From contig CANJPZ010000001.1 in the NCBI GenBank assembly GCA_947476325.1, positions 202,021 through 266,020 on the forward strand: a DNA stretch of 64,000 bases, in the 5' to 3' direction. Source of the DNA: Caulobacteraceae bacterium. GTDB lineage: Bacteria; Pseudomonadota; Alphaproteobacteria; Caulobacterales; Caulobacteraceae. The translations under genes were made by a program, and so were the position numbers. The notes under the pieces are model-generated. The model was given only the letters and a program-made list of their open reading frames with translations. It did no database searches and was not told where the DNA came from. Positions within the stretch are counted from its first letter, which is position 1. The number at the start of each line of letters is the position of its first letter. Below, one piece after another: positions 1-12,655 of this stretch.

Positions 1-622
1 CGCCCGGACGCAGCGCATCGAACATCTTCTTGTTGAAGGTAGTCAGGTTGACGTTGTTGATCGAAAGGTCGTGATAGTACATGTCGATAACCACCATATC
101 GACGCCTGACGGAAAGCCGATCTCGTCGAACTTGCCGATCTTGTATTCGGCGTTGGGGTGTGCCGCGACGAAGGCCTTGCTGGGCGTCTCGGCGCGAGCC
201 TGCATGTAGGGCAGGTCATACATGTACACGTGTCCCGAGGGACCAACGGCTGCCGAGATGATGGTGGTGTCGTACTGGCCGAAAGAGCCGATTTCGATAA
301 CCTTGTCGCCGGACTTCAGGCCGGCGTAGGCGAAGACCTCGGCTGGCTTGCGGCCGAAATCTCGGGCCTTCATGGCCGGTGTGCGGTCAGGCGATGCGAT
401 TGCGGCGGCAATGTTGGCGGGGATCGGAGGCACCGCGGGCGTGTAGACCCAGCGCTGGGCGGCGCGCTCTTTCGGCGAGGCCTTCAGATAGGCGTCAAGC
501 TGGCCATAAGGGATGGGGCCGGACGGCGGCGAGGCGTTCTCTGCGGCGTGCAGGTCCAGAGCGGCCGGCAGGCCGATGGCCAGCGACAAAACGGCGGCGG
601 ACAGGATACGGCGACGGATCAT
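1..622 (-). CDS. Class I SAM-dependent methyltransferase-like protein with N-terminal signal peptide (5' part only; runs off the window edge)
   Basis: My own translation from the ATG at 622..620: MIRRRILSAAVLSLAIGLPAALDLHAAEN... then ...GDKVIEIGSFGQYDTTIISAAVGPSGHVYMYDL (methyltransferase motif I-like). The frame stays open to position 1. It is absent from the ORF track because it is truncated by the window edge. Confidence 0.6.
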   Translation of the reverse strand, partial: MIRRRILSAAVLSLAIGLPAALDLHAAENASPPSGPIPYGQLDAYLKASPKERAAQRWVYTPAVPPIPANIAAAIASPDRTPAMKARDFGRKPAEVFAYAGLKSGDKVIEIGSFGQYDTTIISAAVGPSGHVYMYDLPYMQARAETPSKAFVAAHPNAEYKIGKFDEIGFPSGVDMVVIDMYYHDLSINNVNLTTFNKKMFDALRPG

Positions 623-735
623 GGAAACTTCCCCCCAGGGTGCAGGCCGAAGTTATCCCGGCCCCTTTCCCCCATTTTGCCCGAAAGTCGGCGGGGCGCC
701 AGTGCCAAACGCCGAGCTGCCCCTAAGCAGCCTGT

Positions 736-987
736 TCAGACCCTGATGTTGATGATCGAGCCAGGGCGCGCATAACGCTCGGGGAAAGAATCGCTCGCCG
801 CCTGTGCCGTCTGGAAGGGGGCGGCGGCTGGCGCGGCCGGGGTTTGCGCCCTTGCTGCCGGCGCCGTGGGCCCCGCCTGGGTCGCAGCCAGGGCCTGACG
901 AAAAAACGCCGCCCGCGCGTCGGCCAGACGCGCCGGCCCGGCGACAGCGGGCGTTGGCTGGGTCGTTACGGGCGGGATGGCGGCCAT
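736..987 (-). CDS. Hypothetical Ala/Pro-rich small protein downstream of ccmG
   Basis: ORF 736..1005 begins with TTG. The first ATG (987) has AAGG 8 nt upstream. GC3 is high throughout. No recognisable domain; the C-terminus is ...RPGSIINIRV. Confidence 0.4.
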   Translation of the reverse strand: MAAIPPVTTQPTPAVAGPARLADARAAFFRQALAATQAGPTAPAARAQTPAAPAAAPFQTAQAASDSFPERYARPGSIINIRV

Positions 988-1022
988 GGTCAAAGCCTTG
1001 GCCAATCGTGGTGAATGAAGGG

Positions 1023-1568
1023 TTAACGCGCCGCCTTGAGCATGGTCATCATGGCCGTGACATCGGCCTCATTCAGCAGGGGTCCAGTGTGCTTGCCGAC
1101 GATCATGCCGCGCGAATCGACCACAAAGGTCTCCGGCAGGCCGGTGGCGCCGAAGTCGATGGTCGCCTGGGCCTTTTCGTCGGTCAGGATGACGGTGAAG
1201 GGATTGCCCCACCGGGTCAGGAAATCGGCGACATCCTGAGGCTTGTCCTTCACGCCGGCCTTGCCCTCGTCGATGCCGATGATGCGGACGCCCTGACGCT
1301 GCAGCGCCATCAGCTGCGGGCTTTCCTGGGCGCAGGGCGGGCACCATGAGGCAAAGACATTGACCAGGGCGGGGCCCTTGATCTCGGCCAGCAGCGATAC
1401 CGGCGGGCCGCCTTCCAGATAGGGCAGCATCAGCTCGGGCGCCGGTTTGCCGACCGTGAAGTCGGGCTCGATGCGGGTGCTGGATTTGCGCAGGGCGTAA
1501 AAGCCGAACAGGCAGGCCAGGGCGACCATGGCGGCGAGCGGCAGCAGGGCGATCAACCAGCGCTTCAT
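1023..1568 (-). CDS. ccmG: Cytochrome c biogenesis thiol:disulfide interchange protein CcmG/DsbE
   Basis: N-terminal membrane anchor MKRWLIALLPLAAMVALACLF and thioredoxin WCPPC motif (VNVFASWCPPCAQE). The ATG at 1568 overlaps the ccmD stop (ATGA). Confidence 0.9.
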   Translation of the reverse strand: MKRWLIALLPLAAMVALACLFGFYALRKSSTRIEPDFTVGKPAPELMLPYLEGGPPVSLLAEIKGPALVNVFASWCPPCAQESPQLMALQRQGVRIIGIDEGKAGVKDKPQDVADFLTRWGNPFTVILTDEKAQATIDFGATGLPETFVVDSRGMIVGKHTGPLLNEADVTAMMTMLKAAR

Positions 1569-1738
1569 GGTTGGCCGGTCCGCGACTGTTTTTCGGCCTG
1601 AAGCGCCTCGGCTTTCTTGCGCCACTTGCGGGCGCGCATAAGCGTGTCAGCGGAAAGTGCGCCCAGAACCAGGATCATCAGGACGATGGAGGCCCACAGA
1701 TAGGGCGCGTATTTCCCGAAATCGAAATCGAAGGTCAT
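1565..1738 (-). CDS. ccmD: Heme exporter protein CcmD
   Basis: 57-aa single-TM protein MTFDFDFGKYAPYLWASIVLMILVLGALS.... The ATG at 1738 overlaps the ccmC stop (ATGA). Position between ccmC and ccmG fits. Confidence 0.8.
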   Translation of the reverse strand: MTFDFDFGKYAPYLWASIVLMILVLGALSADTLMRARKWRKKAEALQAEKQSRTGQP

Positions 1739-2463
1739 CAGCTCTTCCCCGCCGCCTGCACAGCCAGGGCCCCGGCCTTGCGGCGCCAGACCTCGGCGCG
1801 AACGCGAACGATCCACAGGGCGCAGAACAGGGCGGCGAATCCGAGCATGTTGAGGATGAACGGCGCGACGTAATCGGGCCCCAGATGGTTGCCTCCCATG
1901 GAGGAGCCCTGGTGGATCGAGTTCCACCAGTAGACCGAAAAATAGATGATCGGCAGATTGATCACCCCGACCATGGCCAGGATGTTGGCCGCCCGCGTCG
2001 CCTTGGTTTCATCGTCGATGGCCGCCAGCAACGCCATGTAGCCAAGATAGAGCAGGAACAAGACCAGCTCAGCGGTCAACTTGGCGTCCCAGATCCACCA
2101 TGTGCCCCAGGTCTTGACGCCCCAGAGCGATCCTGTCGCCAGGGCCAGAAATGTAAAACCGGCGCCCAGCGGCGCTGCGGCCCGGGCGCCGGCATCAGCC
2201 AGCAGGTGGCGGAAGACAAAGCCGAAAAACGCGCTCGCCGCCATGGCCGCATAAATGGCCATCGACATGGTCGCCAGTTGAGGATGGAAGAACAGGAACC
2301 GGATGGCGTCGCCCGATCCGCCGCTGCCTTCGACGCCTTCAGGGACGGCGAAGGCGAGTGTGAAACCCGTCCCCAGCAGTGCGACCGCCAGAATGCCGAA
2401 AATGGGCGCCGCCCACTTTGAAAAGTCCATGAACCGCTGAGGGTTGGCGAGAAGCTGGATCAT
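1738..2463 (-). CDS. ccmC: Heme exporter protein CcmC
   Basis: 241-aa polytopic membrane protein with the WGTWWIWD tryptophan-rich heme-handling motif. Confidence 0.93.
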   Translation of the reverse strand: MIQLLANPQRFMDFSKWAAPIFGILAVALLGTGFTLAFAVPEGVEGSGGSGDAIRFLFFHPQLATMSMAIYAAMAASAFFGFVFRHLLADAGARAAAPLGAGFTFLALATGSLWGVKTWGTWWIWDAKLTAELVLFLLYLGYMALLAAIDDETKATRAANILAMVGVINLPIIYFSVYWWNSIHQGSSMGGNHLGPDYVAPFILNMLGFAALFCALWIVRVRAEVWRRKAGALAVQAAGKS

Positions 2464-2536
2464 TCCTGCGGCTTAAAGGCAGGCGGCCCCGGTGGCAAGA
2501 AGCCCCGAGGCCGCCCTTGTGTCTGCGCGGACGCGC

Positions 2537-3091
2537 TTACTGCGGGTTATAGCCGCCGTTCTGTGGCGGGCCGCCGGCTCCATCGGGGCCGCCGCGGCCG
2601 CCTCTACGACCGCCACCGGGACCGCCAGGGCCGCCCTGACCACCGCGGCCGGGTTGGCCCATGGTCATCTGGGGCGGCAGGGCGTCGAAGGTCTGCTTCT
2701 GTTCGGCCGAGAGGGCCGCATAGAAGCGCTTGGTTGCGGTGACCCGGGCGGTCAGCTCGGCGAGCTGGCTATCCAGGCGTTGCGGCGTGGTCATGTCCTG
2801 GGGAGGCGAGCCTTCCGGTGGACGGGTCGCGGCCACCCAGGCGGTGAACGCCGAGTCCTGGGCCGGCGTGATGGCCAGGCGGTTGTGAAGCATCTGCTGG
2901 CGCATGGCGGGATCACCGCCACGGCCGCCGGCGCGCCCGCCCGGGCCGCCACGTCCGCCCTGCGGGCCTGGTCCGCCTTGCTGGACGCTGGGGCGCTGGC
3001 CTTGCGGCGGTTGGGCGAGGCTCGAGGCCGCGCTGGCGATGAGAATTGCTCCGCCGGCCAGGCCGATCAGGATATAGCTGGTCTTGGACAT
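2537..3091 (-). CDS. Periplasmic Spy/CpxP-family (LTXXQ) protein with Gly/Arg/Pro-rich tails
   Basis: Signal peptide MSKTSYILIGLAGGAILIASAASSLA and two LTXXQ-like motifs (ITPAQ, LSAEQKQ). Flanked by GGPGPQGGRGGPGGRAGGRGG and GRGGQGGPGGPGGGRRGGRGGPDGAGG low-complexity tracts. Start taken at the internal ATG 3091. Confidence 0.7.
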   Translation of the reverse strand: MSKTSYILIGLAGGAILIASAASSLAQPPQGQRPSVQQGGPGPQGGRGGPGGRAGGRGGDPAMRQQMLHNRLAITPAQDSAFTAWVAATRPPEGSPPQDMTTPQRLDSQLAELTARVTATKRFYAALSAEQKQTFDALPPQMTMGQPGRGGQGGPGGPGGGRRGGRGGPDGAGGPPQNGGYNPQ

Positions 3092-3185
3092 GAGTATCGT
3101 GCTCCAGTCTCGAACGCCCCCGTTCGGGTTGAACATCAAGTCAAACGGCCCGGATTGGGGAATCCGTCGCAGCCGGCCGATGTTT

Positions 3186-3851
3186 TTACGACAGGGCGTT
3201 ACGACAGGCGGCGGCCATGAAAAACGGACCCAGGGCCGTGAAGAAAAGGCTGTAGCCGCCGAGCAGGGCGAATCCCGCCCGCCAGTCCAGGCCTGCGGCG
3301 GCCTGGCTGATGGCGCCGGCCCCGAAGATCACCGGCGGGGCGAACAGCGGCAGGACGATCACCGCAATCAGAACCCCGCCCCGGCGACTGCCGATCGACA
3401 GAGCCGCGCCAATGCCGCCGGTGAACGAAAAGCCCAGGCCGCCCAGCAGGGCGGTGGCGATGATCAGAGGCGTCAGGCCGGGCGATGCGCCCAGGGCCAT
3501 GGCCGCAATGGGCGCCGCGAGCGCGAGCGGCGCGCCGGTCGCCAGCCACTGAACCAGGCATTTGATAAAACAGACCGCTTCGAGGGGCTCGTCGCCCAGC
3601 GCCAGCAAATCCAGAGCGCCATCCTCGAAATCGCGCTCGAACAGACGCTCAAGGGACAACAGCGAAGTCAGGGCCAGCGCCAGCCAGGACGATCCTGTGG
3701 CGATAGCCTTCAGGGGGCCGGTGTCGGCGCCGATGGCCAGGGGCAGCAAGGTCGCCACGCAGGCATAGAAGGGCAGGGCCAGCATCGGCCCACCCCCACG
3801 GCCCCAGGCTAGGGCCAGTTCACGGCGGAAGAGGACGCCCAGACCGCTCAT
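3186..3851 (-). CDS. ccmB: Heme exporter permease CcmB
   Basis: Polytopic membrane protein [21 protein letters not shown].... The ATG at 3851 overlaps the ccmA stop (ATGA). The upstream part of ORF 3186..4004 overlaps ccmA and was discarded. Confidence 0.9.
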   Translation of the reverse strand: MSGLGVLFRRELALAWGRGGGPMLALPFYACVATLLPLAIGADTGPLKAIATGSSWLALALTSLLSLERLFERDFEDGALDLLALGDEPLEAVCFIKCLVQWLATGAPLALAAPIAAMALGASPGLTPLIIATALLGGLGFSFTGGIGAALSIGSRRGGVLIAVIVLPLFAPPVIFGAGAISQAAAGLDWRAGFALLGGYSLFFTALGPFFMAAACRNALS

Positions 3852-4450
3852 CCGCGCACCTCGACGATACGGGCCGGGATGGGCAAGGGGTCGTGCACCG
3901 CCGCCAGGATCAGGCCGCCCTTGGCGATGTGGCCGGCCATCAAACGACCGAACATCTCCCGCCGCGCCGTATCCAGCGGCGCCATGGGCTCGTCCAGCAG
4001 CCACAGACTACGCGGCGCGGCGACCAGGCGGGCGAGCGCCAGCCGGCGACGCTGTCCGGCTGAAAGCTTGCGCACTTCCAGATCAAGTAGAGGGCCAATG
4101 CCAAGGGTTTCGATGGCCGCCGCGATACTGGCCGACGTTCCGCCGGTCCAGCGGGCCTGGAAGTTCAGTTCGTCTCTGGCGGTGCGCCCGCCCTTCAGCC
4201 CGTCCTGGTGCCCCAGAAAGTGCAGGCCCCGGTTGCGCGCTTCATCGGCGTCGAGACCGTCGAACGAAATGGTGCCCTCCTGCGGCCGGATAAAGCCGGC
4301 CACGCAACGCAGGATCGAGGTCTTTCCGGCCCCGTTGGCGCCGGTCAGGGCTACGGCCTCACCCGCATGGACCTGGGCGCTGAAGCCTTCAAACAGCAGC
4401 CGGTCGCCTCGCGTCAGGGCAAGGTTGTCGATCGAGAGCCGATTGATCAT
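3848..4450 (-). CDS. ccmA: Heme ABC exporter ATP-binding protein CcmA
   Basis: Walker [13 protein letters not shown] signature LSAGQRRR, Walker B LWLLDEP; 200 aa. Confidence 0.9.
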   Translation of the reverse strand: MINRLSIDNLALTRGDRLLFEGFSAQVHAGEAVALTGANGAGKTSILRCVAGFIRPQEGTISFDGLDADEARNRGLHFLGHQDGLKGGRTARDELNFQARWTGGTSASIAAAIETLGIGPLLDLEVRKLSAGQRRRLALARLVAAPRSLWLLDEPMAPLDTARREMFGRLMAGHIAKGGLILAAVHDPLPIPARIVEVRG

Positions 4451-4630
4451 GCAAATTCGCTCTGCAGCGGCCTGCGCGCATGGACGGTTCGCCCGGTCGC
4501 GGCTATGAGAAGCGCGGCCGTGCGGGCCTCGCGCCGCGCGGGAGACGACGCTGTGTGTCCCTCCTGAAAAGCGCGCGAATCCGCTTCCGATCTCCGGGCG
4601 GCCCGAAGGATGAGAAAAGGACTCTCAAAA

Positions 4631-7321
<2,691 letters not shown>

Positions 7322-7330
7322 ACGATACCC

Positions 7331-7361
7331 GCCCCTTCCCGCACTCCATGCGGAAAGGGGC
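7331..7361 (+). terminator. Terminator-like GC hairpin after acnA (weak U-tail)
   Basis: GCCCCTTcCCGC-actccat-GCGGaAAGGGGC, 7+4 bp stem, 10 nt after the acnA stop. The downstream T content is poor. Confidence 0.4.
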
Positions 7362-7418
7362 GCTTCGCTCACGTCAAGTTGAGGGGCGCTGTGGCTTCAG
7401 TTCCCCTAATCCGGCGCC

Positions 7419-8108
7419 ATGCGTCTGGCATACCTGACACTGATAGGCATCCTCGCCTGGGCCCTGCCGGCTCAGGCTCGCAGCCCTGTGATCGTCGAAC
7501 TCTATACAAGCCAGGGCTGCGGCGCCTGCGCCGAGGCGGGCAAGGTGATCGACCAGCTGGCCGCCCGCGATGACCTGTTGGCCCTGACCTTTTCAGTCGA
7601 CTACTGGGACTATCTTGGCTGGAGCGACACCTTCGCCCGTCCCGAGTTCGCCGAGCGCCAGCGCAGCTATGCGGCCCAGTGGCCCAGGCAGGCGATCTTC
7701 ACGCCCCAGGTGGTTGTGGGCGGCCGCGGCCAGACCCGGGCCGACAAGACGCCTGAAATTGAACGTATCGTGCGGCGGGCCCGCGTTCCGGACGGCGCCG
7801 GTCCCGCCATCCGGCTGCGGCCCGGCCGGGTGACGGTTGAGGCTGCCACGACACCGCTGGCCCACTCGGCCGACATCTGGCTGATCCGCTATGACCCGGC
7901 CCCCCAGGACGTCGAGGTCAAGCGCGGTGAGAACGCCGGCCGCACCCTGACCTATCGCAATGTGGTCCGCGAACTGATCAACGTCGGCCAGTGGAACGGC
8001 CGCCGGGCGACCTATCCCCTGCCAGCCGCCAAACGCGACGGCCTGACCAGCGTGGTCATTGTGCAGAAGGCCGGCGGCGGGCAGGTGCTGGCGGTCTCCG
8101 GCGACTGA
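7419..8108 (+). CDS. Secreted DUF1223 family (thioredoxin-like) protein
   Basis: Signal peptide MRLAYLTLIGILAWALPAQA, then VELYTSQGCGACAEAG...SVDYWDYLGW, characteristic of DUF1223. Confidence 0.8.
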   Translation: MRLAYLTLIGILAWALPAQARSPVIVELYTSQGCGACAEAGKVIDQLAARDDLLALTFSVDYWDYLGWSDTFARPEFAERQRSYAAQWPRQAIFTPQVVVGGRGQTRADKTPEIERIVRRARVPDGAGPAIRLRPGRVTVEAATTPLAHSADIWLIRYDPAPQDVEVKRGENAGRTLTYRNVVRELINVGQWNGRRATYPLPAAKRDGLTSVVIVQKAGGGQVLAVSGD

Positions 8109-8150
8109 CGCAGGCCTTGCCCACAGCGCCAAAGCCCCGCAAGACAAGAC

Positions 8151-8741
8151 ATGGCCGCTTCCGCCGGACCCGAAATTGAACGCCTGATCGCCCTGCTGGC
8201 CAAGCTGCCGGGGCTGGGTCCCCGCTCGGCCCGCCGGGCGGCCCTGACCCTGCTCAAACGCAAGGACCAGCTTTTGACGCCTCTGGCCCAGGCCCTGGCG
8301 GAGGCTTCGGAAAAAGTCGTCACCTGCACAACTTGCGGCTCGCTCGATACCCGCAACCCCTGCGCCATCTGTTCGGACCCGAACCGCGATTCAGGCCTGA
8401 TCTGCGTGGTCGAAGAGGTCGGCGCGCTTTGGGCGCTGGAGCGCGCCGGCGCCTACGCTGGCCGCTATCACGTGCTGGGCGGTCTGCTGTCGGCCCTGGA
8501 CGGCCGGGGCCCTGAGGCGCTGCGCGTCGAAGGCCTGGTCGCCCGCGCCGCAAGCGTCCGCGAAGTCATCCTGGCCCTCCCGGCCACGGTCGATGGCCAG
8601 ACCACGGCCCACTACCTCGCCGACCGCCTGGGGGCCACGCCCGTCACCATGCTGGCCCGAGGCTTGCCGGTCGGCGGCGACATCGACTGGCTCGACGACG
8701 GCACCATAGCCCAGGCCATGCGGGCGAGGCGGCCGGCCTAG
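8151..8741 (+). CDS. recR: Recombination protein RecR
   Basis: Zn-finger [18 protein letters not shown] followed by a Toprim region ([17 protein letters not shown]). Confidence 0.95.
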   Translation: MAASAGPEIERLIALLAKLPGLGPRSARRAALTLLKRKDQLLTPLAQALAEASEKVVTCTTCGSLDTRNPCAICSDPNRDSGLICVVEEVGALWALERAGAYAGRYHVLGGLLSALDGRGPEALRVEGLVARAASVREVILALPATVDGQTTAHYLADRLGATPVTMLARGLPVGGDIDWLDDGTIAQAMRARRPA

Positions 8742-8774
8742 GCGGCGGGACGCGACTCTGTTAGGGAACGGACC

Positions 8775-10028
8775 ATGAACCCTTCCCTCGTTGCCCTGCT
8801 GGTCACCAGCCTTGCCGCCGTCGCCTTTCTGGCCTGGGCGCTGATGGAGCGGGCGCGCGCTAACCGGGCCGAGGTTCGCGCCTGGGAAGCCGCCCAGGCC
8901 GGGACCGATCCGGGCCAGCTGGCGTTCCTCAAAGCCCAGGCGAGCGAACAGGCCAACGCCGTCGCCAAGGCCCTGATCGACCGTACGGACGAGACCTTCC
9001 GCGCCCGCGAGGAAATGGCCCGCGAAAAGCTCGAGGCCCAGCTCAAGCCTGTGGCCGAGACCCTGGCGCGGTTTGAGGCCCAGGTGACCGCCGCCGAAAA
9101 GGCCCGCGCCGAGGAAAGTGGCGGCCTGAAGGAACAGATCGCCGGCCTGATGCGCGCCACCGCCTCGACCCAGGACGAAACCCGCAAACTGTCGGCGACC
9201 TTGCGCCGGGGCGCGGGCGTGCAGGGCCGGTGGGGCGAGCAGACCCTGCGCAACGTGCTGGAGGCCGCCGGGCTAACCAACCGTTTCGACTTTGAAGAAC
9301 AGGTCAGCCTCGACACCGACGAGGGCCGCCGCAGGCCCGACGTCAAGGTGCGCCTGCCGGGCGGCGGGGTGTTCGTCATCGACGCCAAATGCTCGTTGAA
9401 CGCCTTCCTCGACGCCCAGGAGGCGTCGGACGATCCGGCCCGTGAGGCAGCCCTGACCCGCCACGCCCAGAGCGTACGCGCTCACATGACCTCGCTGTCG
9501 GCCAAGGCCTATTGGGACCAGTTCAAGACCGAGGCCTCGCCCAGTTTCGTGGTCATGTTCGTTCCTGGCGATGGTTTTCTGGTCGCCGCCCAGGAGCGGG
9601 CCCCCGATCTGATGACCGAGGCCATGGACCGCAACATCATCCTGACGACGCCCTCGACCCTGTTCGCCCTGTGCAAGGCGGTCTCCTACGGCTGGCGGCT
9701 GGAAGACCAGGCCAGGGGCGCGGCCCAGATCGCTGAACTGGGCAAGGAGCTGTACAAGCGCCTGTCGGTCATGGGAGCCCACGCCGCATCGGTGGGCAAG
9801 GCGCTTGAGGCGGCGGTGTCGCGCTACAACCAGTTTGTCGGCTCGCTGGAATCCCAGGTCATGACCCAGGCCCGGCGTTTCGAGGACCTCCAGGTCGACC
9901 ATGAGGGCCGCGAATTGCCTGAATTGACCCAGGTCGAAATCGCCCCGCGCGCCCTGACCAAGCTGGATGAGACCGAGGCTGAGGGTGCGCCAAAAGGCCG
10001 TCCCGCCTTGACGGTCGCCAAGCCCTAA
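8775..10028 (+). CDS. rmuC: DNA recombination protein RmuC
   Basis: N-terminal TM, long coiled-coil, and the conserved RPDV...LPGG...IDAK nuclease-like block. Confidence 0.9.
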   Translation: MNPSLVALLVTSLAAVAFLAWALMERARANRAEVRAWEAAQAGTDPGQLAFLKAQASEQANAVAKALIDRTDETFRAREEMAREKLEAQLKPVAETLARFEAQVTAAEKARAEESGGLKEQIAGLMRATASTQDETRKLSATLRRGAGVQGRWGEQTLRNVLEAAGLTNRFDFEEQVSLDTDEGRRRPDVKVRLPGGGVFVIDAKCSLNAFLDAQEASDDPAREAALTRHAQSVRAHMTSLSAKAYWDQFKTEASPSFVVMFVPGDGFLVAAQERAPDLMTEAMDRNIILTTPSTLFALCKAVSYGWRLEDQARGAAQIAELGKELYKRLSVMGAHAASVGKALEAAVSRYNQFVGSLESQVMTQARRFEDLQVDHEGRELPELTQVEIAPRALTKLDETEAEGAPKGRPALTVAKP

Positions 10029-10042
10029 CCTACCTGACGCTC

Positions 10043-10552
10043 ATGGCCGTACGCGACATCCTCGTGGTTCCCCACCCTGTGCTGAAACAGGTCTCAACCC
10101 CTGTGGAGGCGGTGGACGATGAGCTGCGCGCCCTGATGGACGACATGCTGGAGACCATGTACGCTGCGCCTGGCATCGGCCTTGCCGCCGTGCAGATCGG
10201 CGTGGCCCGGCGGGTCATCGTCATGGATCTGGCGCGCGAGGACGAAGAGCCCCAGCCCCGGTTCTTCGTGAATCCGGAAATCCTCTGGCGCGACGAAGAA
10301 ATGGTCGTTTGCGAGGAAGGTTGTCTGTCTATCCCGGAAATCTTCGACGAGGTCGAACGGCCCGCGAAGGTGCGCATTCGCTACCTCAATCGTGACGGCG
10401 AGGCGGTCGAGGAAGAAGCTGAAGGCCTCTATGCGGTCTGCATCCAGCACGAGATGGATCACCTGGAGGGGATCGTGTTCATCGACCACCTCTCGCGCCT
10501 CAAGCGCGACCGGGCCGTCAGCAAGGTCAAGAAACTGGTTCGGGTAGCCTAG
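10043..10552 (+). CDS. def: Peptide deformylase
   Basis: Motifs [17 protein letters not shown] and HEMDHLEG. Confidence 0.95.
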   Translation: MAVRDILVVPHPVLKQVSTPVEAVDDELRALMDDMLETMYAAPGIGLAAVQIGVARRVIVMDLAREDEEPQPRFFVNPEILWRDEEMVVCEEGCLSIPEIFDEVERPAKVRIRYLNRDGEAVEEEAEGLYAVCIQHEMDHLEGIVFIDHLSRLKRDRAVSKVKKLVRVA

Positions 10553-10890
10553 GGCCTCTTGTCCTTCTCGACCGGCGTGACACTCGCCTTCAGGCTTGCC
10601 CCGGTTTCCCGCGGGCCCGATCCCATCTCCTTCGCCCCTTCCTTGACCTGAGTCGCGCCCTTTTTGAGCGTAGCGCCGGCGTCCCGGACGAGGGGAACAG
10701 CGACCGCCTTAACATCGGCCGCGCCGGCCTTCACGGTTGCGCCGGCATCCTTGGCCAGGGCGCTGGCGTCCTGCCTGACGTCGGCGACCGCCTCGGCTGT
10801 CTTTCCGGCCACCTGGTCCTGATCAGTTTTCTCACAGGCGGTGGCCGCAACGAGGCCCAGCGCCGCTACGGTGCTGATTACCCGGTTCAT
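10549..10890 (-). CDS. Small lipoprotein, Ala/Lys-rich with repeated K-x-GA motifs
   Basis: Lipobox LVAATAC after [21 protein letters not shown] upstream. The stop shares CTAG with the def stop. No recognised domain. Confidence 0.65.
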   Translation of the reverse strand: MNRVISTVAALGLVAATACEKTDQDQVAGKTAEAVADVRQDASALAKDAGATVKAGAADVKAVAVPLVRDAGATLKKGATQVKEGAKEMGSGPRETGASLKASVTPVEKDKRP

Positions 10891-10917
10891 TTCAGCGTCT
10901 CCTGGTCTGTTGCTAAC

Positions 10918-10942
10918 AACAGCCCGGCTCGCGTCGGGTTCC
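10918..10942 (-). promoter_or_regulatory. Near-consensus EcfG-type promoter candidate (GGAAC-N16-TGTT) upstream of the lipoprotein gene
   Basis: Minus strand reads GGAACccgacgcgagccgggcTGTT, with the -10 ending 27 nt before ATG 10890. One mismatch in the -10 element (T for C). Confidence 0.3.
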
Positions 10943-10973
10943 GCCCGGGCGCGCGGGGGGCTAAAGACGCCCT

Positions 10974-11900
10974 ATGCGTATCGCTTTCCTGGGAACCCCG
11001 CAAATCGCCGCCGACTGTCTGGCCGCCCTGGCGCAGGCCGGACACGAGATCGCCTGTGTCTATTCCCAGCCGTCCAGGCCGCGCGGCCGGGGTCAGATAT
11101 TGAAGCCTTCGCCTGTGCAAGCCCTGGCTGAAACCCTGGGTCTGCCGGTCCGAACGCCGGCCTCAATGCGCGCACCGGAAGAAATCGCGGCCTTTGCCGC
11201 CCTCAACATCGACGCCGCCGTGGTCGTCGCCTTCGGCCAGATCCTGCCGCGCGCTGTGCTGGATGCGCCCCGACTGGGCAGCTTCAATCTGCACGCGTCC
11301 CTGTTGCCGCGCTGGCGCGGCGCCGCGCCCATTCAGCGGGCGATCATGGCGGGTGATCCGGTTACCGGCGTGCAGGTCATGCGCATGACCGAAGGACTCG
11401 ATGAGGGACCGATCATCGCCACAATAAGCTTGCGCATCGACGCTGCTGAAACGGCCGGCAGCCTGTTCGAACGAGCCGCCAACGCTGGCGCCGCCCTGCT
11501 GGTCGAGACCCTGCCAAACATCGCGGCGGCGATGGCCTCTGAGACACCACAGGCGAGCGAGGGCGTCACCTATGCCAAAAAGATCAGCCCTGCCGAGGCG
11601 CGCATCGACTGGACGCGGCCCGCCGTCGAGATCGACCGGCTCATCCGGGGCCTGTCGCCCTTTCCGGGCGCCTGGTTCGAGGCGGCGTCCGACAAGGGTC
11701 CAGTGCGTATCAAGGCGCTGCTGTCACGCGCCGAACAGGCGAGCGGCGCACCCGGCCAGGTGCTCGACAATAATCTCCTGATCGCCTGCGGATCCGGCGC
11801 CGTGCGCCTGCTCAGGGCCCAGCGCGAGGGCAAGGGAGCCCAGGATGCGGCTGATTTCGAGCGCGGCTTTCCGCTTGTCTCCGGGGCCCGGGTGCTCTGA
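10974..11900 (+). CDS. fmt: Methionyl-tRNA formyltransferase
   Basis: MRIAFLGTP..., [18 protein letters not shown] motif; lies next to def. Confidence 0.95.
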   Translation: MRIAFLGTPQIAADCLAALAQAGHEIACVYSQPSRPRGRGQILKPSPVQALAETLGLPVRTPASMRAPEEIAAFAALNIDAAVVVAFGQILPRAVLDAPRLGSFNLHASLLPRWRGAAPIQRAIMAGDPVTGVQVMRMTEGLDEGPIIATISLRIDAAETAGSLFERAANAGAALLVETLPNIAAAMASETPQASEGVTYAKKISPAEARIDWTRPAVEIDRLIRGLSPFPGAWFEAASDKGPVRIKALLSRAEQASGAPGQVLDNNLLIACGSGAVRLLRAQREGKGAQDAADFERGFPLVSGARVL

Positions 11901-12655
11901 TGCCGCGCTACCGGCTCACCATTGAATATGATGGCGGTCCCTATGTCGGGTTCCAGATTCAGGAGGCCCTGCCGACAGTGCAGGCCTCGCTGGAGCGGGC
12001 CGTGCTGGCCTTCAGCGGTGAGACGGTGCGGGTCCATTGCGCTGGCCGCACGGACACCGGCGTGCATGCGACCGGCCAGGTCGTGCATCTTGATTTGACC
12101 AGGGACTGGCGGCCCGACGTGGTGCGCGATGCGCTCAACGCCCATCTGGTTCCCGAACCCATCGCGGTGCTGTCTTCCCAGCGGGCCGAGGCCGAATTCC
12201 ACGCCCGCTTCGACGCCATCGGTCGCCGCTATCTCTATCGCATTCTCAACCGCCGCAGCCCGCCCGCCGTCGAACAGGGTCATGTCTGGCTGGTGAAAAA
12301 GCCGCTGAACGCCAAGGCCATGCAGGCGGCCGGACAGGTGCTGCTGGGCTTTCACGACTTCACGACCTTCCGCGACGTCCGGTGCCAGGCCAAATCGCCG
12401 GAAAAGACGCTCGATACTGTGCGGATCTGGCGCGACGGCGAAGAAATCCGGCTGGAGTTCGCCGCACGGTCATTCCTTCACCGGCAGGTCCGCTCCATGA
12501 CCGGCAGCCTCGTCGAGGTGGGGGCCGGGCGGTGGACGGCAGATGATCTGAAGGCGGCGCTCGAGGCGAAGGACCGCAAGGCCTGCGGGCCCGTGGCGCC
12601 GGCGGCGGGACTCTACCTGGTCGAGGTGAACTACCCCGGGAACGCCGCGAAATAG
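11900..12655 (+). CDS. truA: tRNA pseudouridine(38-40) synthase TruA
   Basis: [14 protein letters not shown] and catalytic-Asp block [18 protein letters not shown] overlap with fmt. Confidence 0.95.
   Translation: MPRYRLTIEYDGGPYVGFQIQEALPTVQASLERAVLAFSGETVRVHCAGRTDTGVHATGQVVHLDLTRDWRPDVVRDALNAHLVPEPIAVLSSQRAEAEFHARFDAIGRRYLYRILNRRSPPAVEQGHVWLVKKPLNAKAMQAAGQVLLGFHDFTTFRDVRCQAKSPEKTLDTVRIWRDGEEIRLEFAARSFLHRQVRSMTGSLVEVGAGRWTADDLKAALEAKDRKACGPVAPAAGLYLVEVNYPGNAAK

Noticed and set aside
3109-3124. A GAAC/GTTC-containing hairpin (CGAACG-cccc-CGTTCG) upstream of the Spy-like gene as a LexA/SOS box.
   Set aside because: The alphaproteobacterial SOS box is a direct repeat, GTTC-N7-GTTC. Here the repeats are inverted and have the wrong spacing.
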